DNA of 64,000 bases from the NCBI GenBank assembly GCA_965287045.1, contig OZ336882.1, positions 35,774,001 through 35,838,000 of the forward strand, in the 5' to 3' direction. The notes under the pieces are model-generated. The model was given only the letters and a program-made list of their open reading frames with translations, did not search any database and was not told the DNA's origin. This DNA comes from Carcharhinus amblyrhynchos. Its lineage: Eukaryota. Below, one piece after another: positions 25,349-39,625 of this stretch (its first letter is position 1; every line of letters begins with the position of its first letter). Both the position numbers and the translations under genes were made by a program.

Positions 25349-28300
25349 CAATGTCTTCAAAGGCCTGGTGCTGTCTCCTGATTTCTAGCCCCGAAAACTT
25401 ATTGCTGATTTCTTGTCCCTGAAGTCTCGCACTCTTTCTGGCATCCTGGACATAATGTCCCACAATCCCTGTTGTTTCCTGATCCAGAATTCCTGAACTC
25501 TCTGCTGTTTTCTGGTCCTAAATCTCACAACTTTCTTCTGTTTTCTGCCTTTGAAGTCATGCATTCTTTGCTGATTTCTGATCCTGACATCTCACAACAT
25601 TCTGCTGATTTCTGGTCCTGAAATCTTGCACTCCTGAAGTCTCTCCGCTCTCTCTTGCCCTAAAATCTCTCAGACGCCATTGTCTTCTACTCCAAAATCT
25701 CACATACTCCGCTATGGTCTGCCCCAAAGTCTCACACTCTGTTGTCTCCTGCTACAGAGTCTCATTCTTTCTGATGTCTCCTGCACCAAAGTCTCTCAAT
25801 TACTGCTGTTTTCTTTCCAGAATCTCTCCCTGTTTCCTGCCACAAAGTCTCGCACACAGCTTTCCATAACCCTGAATCTCCACAATTGCCTGCCAAAAAG
25901 GGTTCCACTCTACATTGTCTTTTGCACCAAATTCTCACATCGCTGTTTCCTGCCGCAAAATCTCTGTCTCCATAGTTTCCTTTCTGGAAGTTTCAAACTC
26001 TCCCGTTTCCCACACCGAGATCTTGATCCCTCTGCTTTTTTCTGGTCCACATGTCTTGCAATTTCATTTGTTCTCTGGACCAGAAGTTATGCACTCTGCT
26101 CATTTCTTGTTGTGATGTTTTGCACTCTCTCTTGATATTTATTTCTGATGTTTCATCATGATCTGTGGATTTTTGTAACCTAAAGTCTCACAGCTGATAC
26201 CTTGTCCTGAAATCTTGCACTATTTGCTGTTTTCTGGTCCTGAAGCATCTCAATCTCTGTTGATTTCTGGTCCTGTAGCTTTGACTCTGTTGTTTTCTGG
26301 TCCAGAACTCTCATGCTGTCTGCTGTTTTCTGGTCCTGAAGTCATTCAATCTGCTGTTTTCTGGTCCATAATTCTGGTGTCCTCTTCTGAATTCTAGTCC
26401 TGGTGTCTCACAACTTACTGCTGATTTCTGCTGCCTGAAGTCTCACACTCTCTGTGGTGTTCTAGTCATAGGATTGTGCACTCCCTGCTGTCCCCTGGTC
26501 CAGAATTCTCAAATTTTCTGCTGCTTTTTGGTCCTGAGGTCTCACAACTTCCTACTTATTTCTGATCTTGAACTCCCTCAATCTTTGCAGTTTGCTGGTC
26601 CAAACGTCTTGAACACTCTGTTTTCTGGCCCAAAATTCTTGTACTCTTCCATTTTTCCAGGGTGAATATGTGCACCCTGCTGCTTTCTGGACCAAATGTT
26701 TTTCTTTCTACTATGTTCTGGTCTGTAGGTCTGGCACTCTCTCCTGATTTCTGCTCCTGAAGTCTAACAATGTTCTGATAATTTCTGACTGCTGAGGTCT
26801 TGCACTCTCTACTAATTTCTCATCCTGCAGTCTTGCACTCCATTCCTGATATCTCACAACATTCTGCTGATTTCTGGTCCCAGAAGGTTCCCAACTTTCT
26901 GCTGTTATCTGATCCTGATGTCATGCTCTTTGCTTGTAACATCTTACATTCCACTGCGTTCTGGCGCTGTCTCCTGATTTGCAGTCCTGATACCTCCGAA
27001 CTTATTGCTGATTTCTTGTCCCTGAAGTCTCACACTCTCTGTGGTATCCTGGTCATAAGGTGCCACATTCCTTGTTGTCCTTTGGCCCAGAATTCTAAAA
27101 CTCCCTTTCTGGTCCTGAAGTCTCACAACTTTCTGCTAATTTCTGATTGTAATGTCCCTCAATCTCTGCTGTTTTTTGGTCCTGATATCTTGCACTCTTC
27201 CGTTTTCTGATCATGAAATCTTGCAACCCTGTTTTCTGATCCAAATGTCTTTCTGCTATGTTCTGGTCTTAAAGTCTGGCACTCTCTCCTGATTTCTGGT
27301 CCTGATGTCTCACAATGTTCTGATTATTTCTGATCCCTGAAGTCTTCCACTCTCTACTGATGTCTCAACCTGCAGTTCTGCACTCTCGATTGATTTCTAG
27401 TTCTGATGCCTCACCATGTGCTCTTGATTGCTGGTCCTGAAGTCTCATATCTTTTGGCTGACATGTAGTCCTTAGTTCTTGCAACTTTCTGCTGTCTTCT
27501 GGTCTTGAAGTCCTTCACTCCACTCTTTTCTGATCCAGAACTCTGGCATCCTCTCCTGATTTCCAGTCCTGATCTCTCACAACGTTTTGCTGACACCTGG
27601 TCCTGAAGTCTCATACTATTATGCTATTTTCTTGTCCAAAGGTCTTGCGGTTTCTACTGTTCTCTGGCCCTGAATTCTCGCACTCTCAGCTGTTTTATGG
27701 TCCTGAAGTCTCACAACTTTCTGCTCTTTTCTGATCCTGAAGTCTCCCAATCTCTGCTGTTTTCTGGTCCTAAAGCCTGCAATGTCCTGATTGTTGGTCC
27801 TGTTTTCTCACGTCTGTCTGCTGTTTTCCAGTCACTAAAGTCTTGCACTCTATTCTGTTTCCTGGCCATAAAAACTCACAGTCTCTGCTGTTTCCTGGTC
27901 CAGGGTTCATTCTCTGCTGTTTCCGTATCCTAAATCTCACAACTTTCTGCTGTTTTCTGATCCTGAAGTATTCCACTTTGTTGTTTTCTGATCCTAAAAT
28001 CTTGCAGTCTCTCCAGATTCCTGCCTCTGAATTCACACATTCTCTGCTGATTTCTGGTCCTGACATCTCACAACATTCTGCTGACATCTGCTTCTGAAAT
28101 CTCTCAACTCTCCACTGTTTTCACAAAGTGAAGTCACTCTTGCTGTCTCCTGCTCTGAAATCTCTTACATCACTCTTGCTGTCTCCTGCTCTGAAGTCTC
28201 TTACATCAAAATCTCACACACCCCGTTCTGGCCTGCCCCAAGGCCTCTCACTCTGTTGCCTCCTGCCAGATCTTGCTCCCACTGAAGTCTCCTGCAGCAA

Positions 28301-31300
28301 AGTCTCTCAACCACCACTGTTTCCTTTCCAGAAGTCTCCAACTCTTTGCTGTTTACTGCCACAAAGTCTCGCACTCAGCTTTTTATGACCCTAAATGTCC
28401 ACATTTTCTAGCCAAAAAGTGTTACACTTGCCATTGTCCCCTGCAGCCTCTCTCTTACCACTGTTTCCTGCCACAAAATCTCTCCCCCTGCACAGATTCC
28501 TTCCTGGAAGTTTTTATCTCTCTCCTGTTTCTCACATCGAGATCTTGAACTGTTGGATATTTTCTAATCCGCAAATCTCACACTTCCAGCTGTTCTCTGG
28601 ACCAGAACTCTCATACTCTCTGCTGATTTATCGTCCTATGTCTTGCGCTCACTCTTGATTTCCATTTCTGATGTCTCACCATTCACTACCAGCTGAATTC
28701 TCTAACCTAAAGTCTCATGACTTTTAGCTGATACCTGATCCTGAAGTCTCTCAACCTCTTCTGTTTTCTGGTCTGGATCTCTCACACTCTGTTGTTTTCT
28801 GGCCCCAAAATCCAGCATTCTCTCCTGATTTCTATTCCTGATGTCTCACAACTTTCTGCTGATACCTGGTCCTGATGTCTTTCACTCTGCTGTTTTCCGG
28901 ACCAAAAGTCTTGCAATCTCTCCTGATTTCCAATCCTGATATTTCTGCTGATCCCTAGTCTAGAACTCTCAAACTGTCTGCTGCTTTCTGATCCTGAGGT
29001 CTTACTGATCCTGAGGTCTTGCAACTTTTTGCTTATTTCTGATCTTGAAGTCCCTCAGTCTGTAGTCTCTACTTCTCTGCTATTTTCTAGTCCAGATGTC
29101 TTGAACACTCCACTGCTCTCCAGTACAGAACTCCTGCATTTTTTGTAATTTTCTGACTATGAACTCTTGAACCCTGTTGTTTTATGGTCCAAATGACTTT
29201 CATTCTGCTGCATCCTGGTATAAGGTCTGGCACTCTCTCATATCCAGCCCTGATGTCTCATAACATCCTGCTGCTTTCTTGTCCCTGGGGTCTTGCACTC
29301 TCCAACTGATTTCTCGTCTTGACATCTTGCACTCTGCTGCTTTCTGGTTCTGAAGACTTACAACTTTCTGTTCCTCTCAGATCTTGAAGTCCCTCAATCT
29401 CTTGTTTTCTGGTCCATAAATCTTGAAAACTCCATTTGTTTCTGGTCTGAAATTCTCATACTCTGCTTTTTCCTGTTGTTAGGTCCTGTAATATCTCAAT
29501 CTCTGCTGTTTTCTGGTCCTGAAGTCATTCACTTTCTGGTCCCAAGGATTTGGGATCCTCTCCTGATGTCCATTCCTGATGTCACACTGTTTTCTGCTGA
29601 TTTCTGGTCACAGAAGTCTCCCAACTTTCTGCTGATACCTGGTCCTGAAATCTCACATTTTTTTCTGTTTTCTGATCATAAAGTCAGGCACTCTGCTGTT
29701 TTCTGTCTCCAGTGTCCCTCAGTGTTCAGTGATCTCTGAACCTGATGTCTTCCACATTACTGTTTTCTGGTCCTAAAGTCCACCCCTCGCTCTTGATTTC
29801 TCATCCTGTTTTCTCACACCTTTCTGCTGATTTCTGGTCACTCAAGTGTCACTCTTTTCTGTTCCCTGCTTATAAACTCTTGCACTCTCTGCTGTTTTCT
29901 TGTCCTGAATTCTTGCATTCTCTGCTGTTTTCAGGACCTGAAGGCTCTCCATTGTCTCCTAAATCAAAATATCTCACACTCCACTGTCTTCTATGCCAAA
30001 ATATCATACACTCCACTATGGCCTGCCCCATAGTCTCAAACTCTGTTGTCTCCTGCCACAGAGTCTAGCCTTCTCCGACGTTTCCTGCAATAAAGTTTGT
30101 CACCACTGTTTACTTCCCAGAAATCTTGAACTGTCCACTTTTTCCTGCCATACTCAGCTTTTAATGACCATAAATCGCTCAATCTGCACAGTTTCCTGCC
30201 TAAAATTCTTACACTCTCCATTATCCCCTGCACCAAAGTCTCTCACTGTTGTTTTCTGGTCCGCAAGTCTTGCACCTTTGGCTGTCCTCTGGACCAGAAC
30301 TTCACACTCTCTGCTGATTTCTCATCCTGATGTCTTGCACTCACTCTTGATTTCCTGTTCTGATGTCACATCATGTTCTGTTAATTTACATTCCTTAAAA
30401 TCTCACAACTCTGTGCTCTTTTCTGATTCTGAAGTCTCTCAATCTTTACTGCTTTCCGGTCCAACAGTTTGAGATCCTCTCCTGTTTTCTATTCTTGATG
30501 TCTCATAGTATTCTGGTGATTTCTGGTACCAGATCCTGTTGCCTCACACTGTTGTTTTCTGGCCCAATATCTCTCACTGTGCGGTGTTCTCTGATTTTGT
30601 TGTCTTCCACGCTGTTGTTTTCTGGCCCAAAGGATTTCTCTCTGCTGTTTTCTGGTTCCATAGTCTCTCCCTCTCTGCTATTTTCTGGTCCTAAAATCTC
30701 CCACTCTTCTGATTCCTCACTCAATTAACACATTCCATGCTGATTTCTCATCCTAACATCTCACAACTTTCTGCTGATTTCCAGTCCTGAAATCTCTCCG
30801 TTGTGTCCTGCACTAAAATGTCTCAAACTCCACTGTCTTCAGTGCCAAAATCTCATGCACTTTGATATTTTCTGCCCAATGTCTCATATTCTGCAGCCTC
30901 CTGCCTTCCCCAATGTCTCCTGCAACAAAGTCTAATACTCACTGCTGTTTCCTTCCCGGAAGTATCAAACTCTCCGCTGTTTCTTTTGTGGAAATCGCCG
31001 CTCTTTTTTGCCACAAAGTTTCAGATTTGGCTTTTTAATGACCTTAAATCTCTCAATCAGCAGTTTCCTGCCTTAAGGTTTACACTCTGTATAATCTCCT
31101 GCACCAAAGTGTCTCACTCACCGCTGTTTCCTGCCACAAAATCTCTCACACTCCACTCTTTCCTTCCCAAAAGTGTCAAACTCTCACCAGTTTCCTGCAC
31201 TGAAGTCTTGAAATCTGCTGTTCTCTGGTCCTAAAGCCTGGCACCCTCTCTTGCTTTCGAGACCCGTTTTCTGACAATGATCTGCTGATTTCTGGTCATG

Positions 31301-34300
31301 AAATCTCATGCCATCTGCTGCATTCTGATCCTGAGGTCTTACAACTTTCTGCTTTTTTCTGACCTTGAACTTTCTCAATCTCTGCTGTTTTCTGGTCCTG
31401 AATTCTTGAACACTCCGGTGTTTCCTCATCCAGAACTCTTGCGCACTCTGCCATTTTCTGAGTGTGAAGTCTTTCACTCTGCTGATTTCTGGTTTCTGCA
31501 GAATCCCAACTTTCTGCTGACATCTTGTTCTAAAGTCTCGCACTCTCTGCTGTTTCCCTATCCTGGTGCCTTCCACTCTTGATTTCTAATTCTGGCATTG
31601 CAACATGTTCTGTTGATTTCTGGTCCTTAATGTTTCACAGCTTTCTGCTGATTTCTGGTCCTGAAGTCTCTTCCTATCTGCTGCTTTCAGGCTCTGAAGT
31701 CTCACAACTCTCTGCTCTTTTCTGATCCTGAGGTCTCTCAGCTGTTTTTGGGTCCAGAGCTCGCACACTCGGCTGTTTCCCAAAGTCTGGGATCCAAAAG
31801 CTTGGGCTCCTGTCCTGATTTCCAGTCCTGATATCTCACAATGTTCTGATGATTTATAGTCCCAGAAGGCTCCCAACTTTCTGCTGATACATGGTCCTGA
31901 TGTCTCGCATTCTCAGTTGTTTTCTGGTCATAACGTGAGGCACTCTGCTGTTTATCGGCCCCAATCTCTCCCACTGACCATGATTCTCTGCTCTTCTTGC
32001 CTTCCACGCTGTTGTTTTCCAGTCCTACAGGATTTCACTGATGAAGTCCTAGAGTCTTATATTGTCTCCTGATTTCTATTCCTGATGTTTTCCAACATTC
32101 CGCTGATTTTTGGTCCCAGACGCTTCCCAGCTTTCTTTTGATACGTGTCTTGAAGTGTCACACATTTTGCTTTCTTCTGGTCATAAAGTCAGGCACACTG
32201 CTGTTTTCTGGCCCCAGTGTCTCTCAGCATCCACTCTTCCCTGATCCCAATGTCTTCCATGATGCTGTTTTCTGGCCCCAATGTCTCTCAGCATCCACTG
32301 TTCTCTGATCTTGATGTCTTGCATTTTGCTGTTGACGAGTTGTAACATCTTTCACTCCACTATTTCCTGGTCCAAACATTTGATGCTCTCTCCTGATTTC
32401 TAGTCCTGATGTTTTGCAACTTCTGGTCCCTTAAACCTTGCACTCTCTGTGGTGTCCTGGTCATGAAGTTTCACACTCTCTGCTGTTCTCTGGTCCAGAA
32501 TTCTCACACTCTGCTGGTTTCTGGTCCTGAGGTATTTCTGATCTTGAAGCCCCTCAATCTTTACTGTTTTCTTGAACATTCCGGTGTTCTATCTGAAATT
32601 ATTGCACTCTGCCATTTTCTGATCACAAAGTCTCGCACGCTGTTCTTTTCTAGTCCACATGTCTTTTATTCTGCTGTGTTCTGGTCATAAGGTCTGGCAC
32701 TCTCTCCTGATTTCTGGCCTTGATGTCTCACAATATTATGCTGCTTTCTATCCCTGCGGTCTTTCACTCTACTGATTTCTCATCCTTAGGTCTTGGAATC
32801 TCTCTTGATTTCTAGTTTTGATGTCTCACCATGTTTTGTTAATTTCTAGTTCCTGTTTTCTGTTTTCAGGTCCTGAAGTACCTCAACCTCTGTTGTTTTC
32901 AGGTCCAAAGGTTTGGCATCATCTCCTAATTTCTGGTCCTAGAAGTCTTCCAACTTTCTGCTGATACCTAGTCCTGAAATCTCGTACTTTCTTCTGTTTT
33001 CTGGTCATAAATTCACACACTCTGCTGTTTTCTGGCCCCAATGTCTCTCACTGTCCACTCTTCTCTGATCTTAATGTCTTCCACAATGCTGTGTTCTGGT
33101 TCTAAAGTCTGCACCTTTCTCTTGATTTCTAGTCCTGTTTTCTCACATCTTTCTGTTGATTTCCAGTCACTTAAATGTTGCGCTCTTCAGTTTCCTGCTC
33201 ATAAATTCTTGCACTCTCTGCTGTCTTCGGGTCCTAAATCTCGCAACTTTCTGCTAATTTCTGATCCTGAAGTATTTCATTCTGCTGTTTTCTGGTCCTG
33301 TAGTCTCTCCCTCAGTTGATTTCTGATGCTGCACTCTCCACTGTTTTCAGGACCTGAAGTCTCTCCATTGTCTCACTCCACTGTTTTCTATGCCAAAATA
33401 TCACACACTCCTCTATGGCTGTCCCAAAGTCTCAAACTCTGTTGTCTACTGCCACTGATCCTAGCCCTTCCAATGTCTCCTGCAACAAAGTCTACAACTC
33501 GTTTCTTTCCTGAAAATCTCGAACTCTCTGCTTTTTCCTGCCACAAAGTCTCACACTTAGATTTTAATTACCCTAAATCTCTCAATCTGCACAGTTTCCT
33601 GCCGAAAAGTCTTACACTATTATTTCCTGCACCAATGTCTCTCACTCACCATTGTTTCCTTTCCGGAAGTTTAAAACTCTCACCTGTTTGCTGCATCAAA
33701 ATCTTGAATTCTGCTGTTTTCAAATCCAAAATACTTGCACTTTTGGCTCTTCCCTGGACCAGAATTCTCACACTCTCTGCTGATTTCTTGTCCTGATGTC
33801 TTGATTTCTAGTTCTGATGTCGCACCATGTTCTGTTGATTTACAGTCTCTAAACTCTCACAACCTTCTGCTGATATACCTAGCCCAGAATTCTCACACTC
33901 TCTCCTGTTTTCCTGTCCTGAAATCTCACAATTGTCTGCTGATGCCTGGTCCTGATGTCTCACACTTTTTGCTGTTTTCTGACACCAATGTCTCTCACTG
34001 TCCACGTTGCTGTTTTCTAGTTCAAATGTCTGGCATTTCTTTCTGATTTCTAGTCCTGCTTTCTTGTACTTTCTGCTGTTTTGGTCCTGAAGTGTTGAAG
34101 CCCTGAAGTGCTGTCTTTTAGTCTGGAACTGTTGCTCTCTGCTGTTTTCTGATCCTGAAGTCTTGCACTCTGATAAAGTCCTAAAGTCTGGCATTGTCTC
34201 CTGATTTCTATTTGTGAAGTCTCACAACATTCTGCTGTATACTGGTCATGAAGTCTCGCACCCTGTTGATTTCTGGCCCCATGTCTCTCACAATGCATTG

Positions 34301-34807
34301 TCTTCTGATGCTGATGTCTTGCACACTGCCATTTCTGCACCTAAAGTCTTTCATTCTGCTGTTCTATGGTCCTAAAGCACGGCCCAATCTCTTGCTTTCG
34401 AGACCCGTTTTCGCATAACATTCTGCTGGTTTCTGGTCCTGAAGTCTCACAACTCTCTGCTGTTTTCTGATCCTGAAGTCTCTCAATCTCAGCTGTTTTC
34501 TAGTCCTGAAGTGTCTCAATCACTGCTGTGTTCTGGCACAGAACTCTTGCACATTCTGCTGTTTTCCCATCCACAATTCTGGGACTCTCTCCTGATTTCC
34601 AGTCTTGATGTTTCGCAATGTTCTGGTGGGTTTTTAGTCCTGGAAGGCTCCCAACTTCCTGATAACTGGTCCTGATGTGTTGCACTCTGCTGTTTTCTGG
34701 TCCCAGTATCTCCCACTGCCCACGGTTCTCTGGTCTTCTTGCCTTCCACGCTGCTGTTTTCTAGTCCGAAAGAATTTCACTCTGATAAAGTCCTTGAGTC
34801 TGACACT

Positions 34808-35867
34808 GGGCCCGATTTTGCCAAAAATTTGTGCTCGTTTTCGGGCACAAAATTGCGGTAAATTCAGGTGTCGGGCCTGTAACGCGATCTGCACCAGAAA
34901 CCGAGCAGATCACGCCTTTACCGACACCCGATTTGGGCGCGGATCCATTAGCATGCATTTAAATCGATTTAATGAATCACGCGCCTAACTCTACTGCCAA
35001 ATCCCACTTTACATCTTCGAATCTGTTCCACATCAACTCTGTTACTAACCTGCAGAATAAAAATCCTAAGCGGATTCCTATTCTGTAGGGGAACCTCCAA
35101 AGCCCATCCTCCTCGAACACCCTTCGCAGAACCCCGCTAACCACCCTGGCAGACCTGCCCCCCCCCGTGATCTGAACCCCTTGGGAGGCAGACCTCCGCA
35201 CCAACGGCCCCCCCCCCCCCCCACAACACCGGACCACCTACCCAGCACACCACCCCCCGGGGAGGCAGGCCCCCCCTTGAGATTCTCCCAAGTCCATCCT
35301 CCACCAGTCCCCCCTCAACCAGAGATCCACCTGACCCCGCCCCCCCCCCTCCTCAGGCAGAGGGAAGGCTGGGAATGTGCTGCAGGCTGTCCAATGAGTG
35401 CAGTAAGAAGTCTCACAACACGTTTAACCTGGTGTTGTGAGACTCCTTACTGTGTTTAACCCAGTTCAATGCCGGCATCTCCACATCAACGAATGCAGGT
35501 CAGAAGGATGGTGGAAGGAGAACAGCAATCGAGGTAGGTTGGGGGTGTGTACTACCGAGGGGGGCCTGATCATGGTGGTGGTGGTGGTGGGGGTTGCCTC
35601 CCAGGAGGGTCCGATCGCGGCTCATCCTACCCCCCCACCCCCCTCTGTTTTGTCTTTTGTGCCCGGGCGCGCTGTTTCAGTTTTTTTCGAACTGTGCACG
35701 CGCAGTTCAGAGCTCTGATCATTCCAGCAGCGCTAAGCCCCGCCCACAGTGTCGACCGAATCGGAGCCGGCAAAAAGTGTATCGGTGCACTGGAATGAGG
35801 ATTCTGGGCTAGGATCTGTTTTACATCCGGATCCGGCCCTTAGCTTACTATTGGTAAAATCGGGCCC
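34808..35867. mobile_element. 1060-bp non-autonomous TIR DNA transposon, PIF/Harbinger-like
   Basis: TIRs GGGCCCGATTTTGCCAA and TTGGTAAAATCGGGCCC match at 16/17. Flanking ACT (34805-34807) and ATT (35868-35870) fit a 3-bp TSD with one substitution. Excision restores the satellite GTCTGAC-ATT-GTCTCCTGAT. No recognisable transposase ORF. Confidence 0.88.
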
Positions 35868-38800
35868 ATTGTCTCCTGATTTCTATTCCCGATGTTTTCC
35901 AACATTCTGCTGATCTTTGATCCCAGAAGCTTCACAGCTTTCTTTTGATACCTGGTCTTGAAGTCTTGCACATGTTGCTGTTTTCTAATCATAAAGTCAG
36001 GCACTTTGCTGTTTTCTGGCCCCAATGTCTCTCACTGTCCACTGTTCTCTGATCTTGATGTCTTGCACTCTGCTGTTTATGGGTTGTAACATCTTTCACT
36101 CCACTGTTTTCTGGTCCAAACATCTGATGCTCTCACCTGATTTCTAGTCCTGAAGTCTTGTCTTCTCCAAGGTGTCCTGGTCATTAGCTCTCCCACTCCT
36201 TGCAGTTCTTGATCCAGAATTCGTGTACTCTCTGCTACTTTCTGATCCTGACATCTCACAACGTCCTGCTAATTTCTGGTCTTGAAGCCCCTCAATCTTT
36301 GCTGTTTTCTAGTCCAGATGTCTTGAAAATGCTGGTACTTTCTGGCCTGGAACTCTTGCACTCTGCCATTTTTTGATTGTGAAGTCTTGCATTCTGCTGT
36401 GTTCTGGTCCAAATGTTTTTCACTCTGTGTTCTGATCCTCAGGACTGGCACTCTCTCCTGAAATCTGGTCCTGATGTCTCAGAACATTCTGCTAATTTCC
36501 GGTCTCTGACTTCTCCCAACTTTTTGCTGATACCAGGTCCTGATGTCTCAAACTCTCTGCTATTTTCTGGCCCCATATCTCTCACAGTGCGTTGTCTTCC
36601 AATCCTGATGTCTTTCACGCTGTTTTCACTCACCGCTGTTTCCTTCCCGGAAGTTTCCAGCTCTTCGCTCTTTCCTGCTACCAGGTCTCTTATTCAGCTA
36701 TTGTGAAGCTAAATCTCACAATCTCTCACTCTCCACTGTTTCCTTCCCAGAAGTTACAAACTTCCCGTTTCCTGCATCAAAATCTTGAACTCTCCATTTT
36801 CCAGTTCGCAAGTCTCTCACTTTCAGCTGTTCTCTGGACCAGAACTCTCGCACTCTCTGTTACTTTCTCGCACTGATGTCTTGCATCCTCTCTTGATTTC
36901 TAGTCCTGATGTCACACCATGTTCTGCTGATTTCTGGTCCTTAAACTCTCACAACCTTCTGGTGATGCATGGTCCTGGAGTCTCGCACTTTCTGCTGTTT
37001 TCTGACACTAGTGTCTCTCACACTCCACTGTTCTCTGAACCTGATGTTTTTCACTCCACTGGTTTCTGGTCCAAAACTTTTGCATTCTCTCCTAATTTCC
37101 AGTCCTGATGTCTCACAACTTTCTGCTGTTCCCTTGTGCAGCATTCTAGCACTTTGCTGCTTTCTGGCTCTAAGGACTCATAACTTTCTGGTCCCCTCAG
37201 ATCTTGAAGTCTCTCAATCTCTGCTGTTTTCTGGTCCTGAAGTCTTTGACTCCGCTGTTTTCTGGTCATAAACTCTGGCATTCTCTCCTGATTTCTAGTC
37301 CTAATGTCCCACAAGGTTCTGCTGATTTCTGGTCCCTAACATCCCACATCTTCTGCTGATATCTAGTCCTGAAGTCTCGCACTATCAGCTGTTTTCAGGC
37401 CCTGAATTCTTTCACTCTTCCCTGTTTTCTGGTCCCGAAGTCTTGCACACTCTCCCGATTCGTTGGTTTGATGTTCACAACCTTCTGCTAATGCCTGGTC
37501 TTGGAATCTTGCACTTTCTGCTGTTTGCTGGTCACAAATTCACGCATTCAGCTGACTTCTGGCCCCAATGCCTCTCACTGTTCTCTGATCCTGATGTCAT
37601 TCACTGTGCTGGTTTCTGGTCCAAAAGTCTTGCACTTTCTCCCGATTTCCAGTCCTGATGTCTCACAACTTTTGACTGTTCCCTAGTCCAGTATTCTTTC
37701 ACTCTCTGCTGCTTTCTGATTCTGAGGACTCATAACTTTCTGCTACCCACAGGTCCTGAAGTCCCTCAATCTCTGCTATTTTCTGATCCAGAAGTCTTGA
37801 ACACACAGATGTTTTTCTGTCTGGAATTCTTGTGCTCTCTGCCATTTTCTGATCATGAAGTCTTGAACCCTGCTGTTTTCTGGTCTAAATGTCTTTCATT
37901 CTGCTGTCCTTAGGACTGACACTCTCTCCTGATTTCTGGTCCTGATGTCTCACAAAATTCTGCTGCCTTCTGGTCCATGAAGTCTTGCACTCTCTCTTAT
38001 TTCTAGTTCTGGTCCCACCATGTTCTGTTCACCTCTGGTCACTGAAGTCCCAACTTTCTGCTGTTACATGGTCTTTATTTCTTGTACTACCTGCTGTTTT
38101 CAGGTCCTCATCTCTCATACGTGTTGCTATTTCCAGGTCCTGAAGTCTCTCAATTTCTGCTGTTTATTGGTCCTGAAGTTATTCACTCTACTGTTTTCTG
38201 GATCAAAGATTTGGGACCCTCTCCTGATTTAAAGCCCTGAGGTCTCACAATGTTCTGCTGATTTCTGGTCCCAGAAGTCTCCCAACTTCCTCCTGATACC
38301 TGGTCCGGATGCCTCGCCCTTTTTGCTGTTTTCTGGTCATAAAGTCAGGCACTCAGTTTTTTTCTGGCCCTAGTGTCCTATTGTTCTCGGATCCTGATGT
38401 CTTCCACACTGCTGTTTTCTGGTCCTAAGACCCACCACTCTGTTTTCTCACACCTTTCTGCTGATTTCCAGTCACTGAGGTGTGACACTGTTTTCTGTTT
38501 CCTGCTCATAAATTCTCTCACTCTGCTGTTTCCTGGTCCAGAATTCTTGCACTCTCTGCTGTTTTTGGTCCTAAAATCTCCCATTCTCTCTTAATTCCTG
38601 ACTCTGTGGTCACACACTGTCTGTTGATTTCTGATCCTGATATTTTCTGGTCCAAATGTTTGGCATCCTCCCCTGATTTCCAGTCTTGATGTCTCATAAT
38701 GTTCTACTGATTTCTGGTCCCAGAAGTCTACCAATTTTCTGCTGATACCTGGTGCTAAAGTTTCGCACTTTCAGCTGTTTTCTGGTCATAAAGTCAGGCA

Positions 38801-39489
38801 TTCTGTTGTTTTCTGGCCCGAAAGGCTCTCACTGTCCACTGTTCTCTGATCTTGTTGCCTTCTACATTGTTGTTTTTGGCTCCTAAAGGATTTCACTTTG
38901 CTATTTTCTGGTCCTGTAGTCTCTCCCTCTCCCAATTTCTCCTGATTCCTGACTCTGAAGTTACTCATTCTCTGTTGCTTTCTGGTCCTGACATCTCATA
39001 GATTTCTGCTAATTTCTGGTCCTGAAATCACACACTCTCCGCTGTTTTCAGGGCCTTTAGTCTCTGCTCTCTTCCACACTATAATCTCTCACACTTCACT
39101 GTCTTCTATGCCAAAATATCATACACTCTCCTATGGCCTGCTCCAAAGTCTCGCCTTTTCCAATGCCTCTTAAGTCACTTAATCACTGCAGTTTCCTTCC
39201 TATAAGTCTTGAACTCTCCACAATTTCCTTCTGGAAGTCTCAAACTCTCTCTTTCCTGTCACAAAGTCTTGTACTGAGCCTTTTATGACCTTAAATCTCT
39301 CAATCTGCACAGTTTCCTGCCTAAGTCTTACACTCTCTGTTATCTTCTGCATTAAAGTTTCTCACTCTCCGCTGTTTCCCGCCACAAAATCTTGAACTCT
39401 CTCCTGTTTTCTGATCCACAAGTCTCACACTTTCTGTTCTCTGGACCAAAACTCTCACACTCTCTGCTGATTTCTCCTCCTCATGTCTT

Positions 39490-39625
39490 TTAAAGTTGGT
39501 TTATTTATTAGTGTCACAAGTAGGCTTACATTAACACTGCAATGAAGTTACTGTAAAAATCCCATAGTCGGCACACTCTGGCACCTGTTTAGCTATACTG
39601 AGGGAGAATTTAGCATGGCCAATGC
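39490..39625 (-). mobile_element. SINE 3' fragment (probably V-SINE family, AATAAATAAA-type tail)
   Basis: Non-satellite sequence. Minus strand ends GTAAGCCTACTTGTGACACTAATAAATAAACCAACTTTAA and starts GCATTGGCCATGCTAAATT, resembling the V-domain 3' border. Family assignment is from memory. Confidence 0.7.

Noticed and set aside
25005-25463. 152-aa ORF joining satellite and RT sequence
   Set aside because: Chance read-through across the satellite, host LINE and nested LINE junctions.
34634-35812. Pro/Gly-rich ORFs inside the TIR element
   Set aside because: Low-complexity translations of C and G runs, with no DDE or Myb motif recognised.
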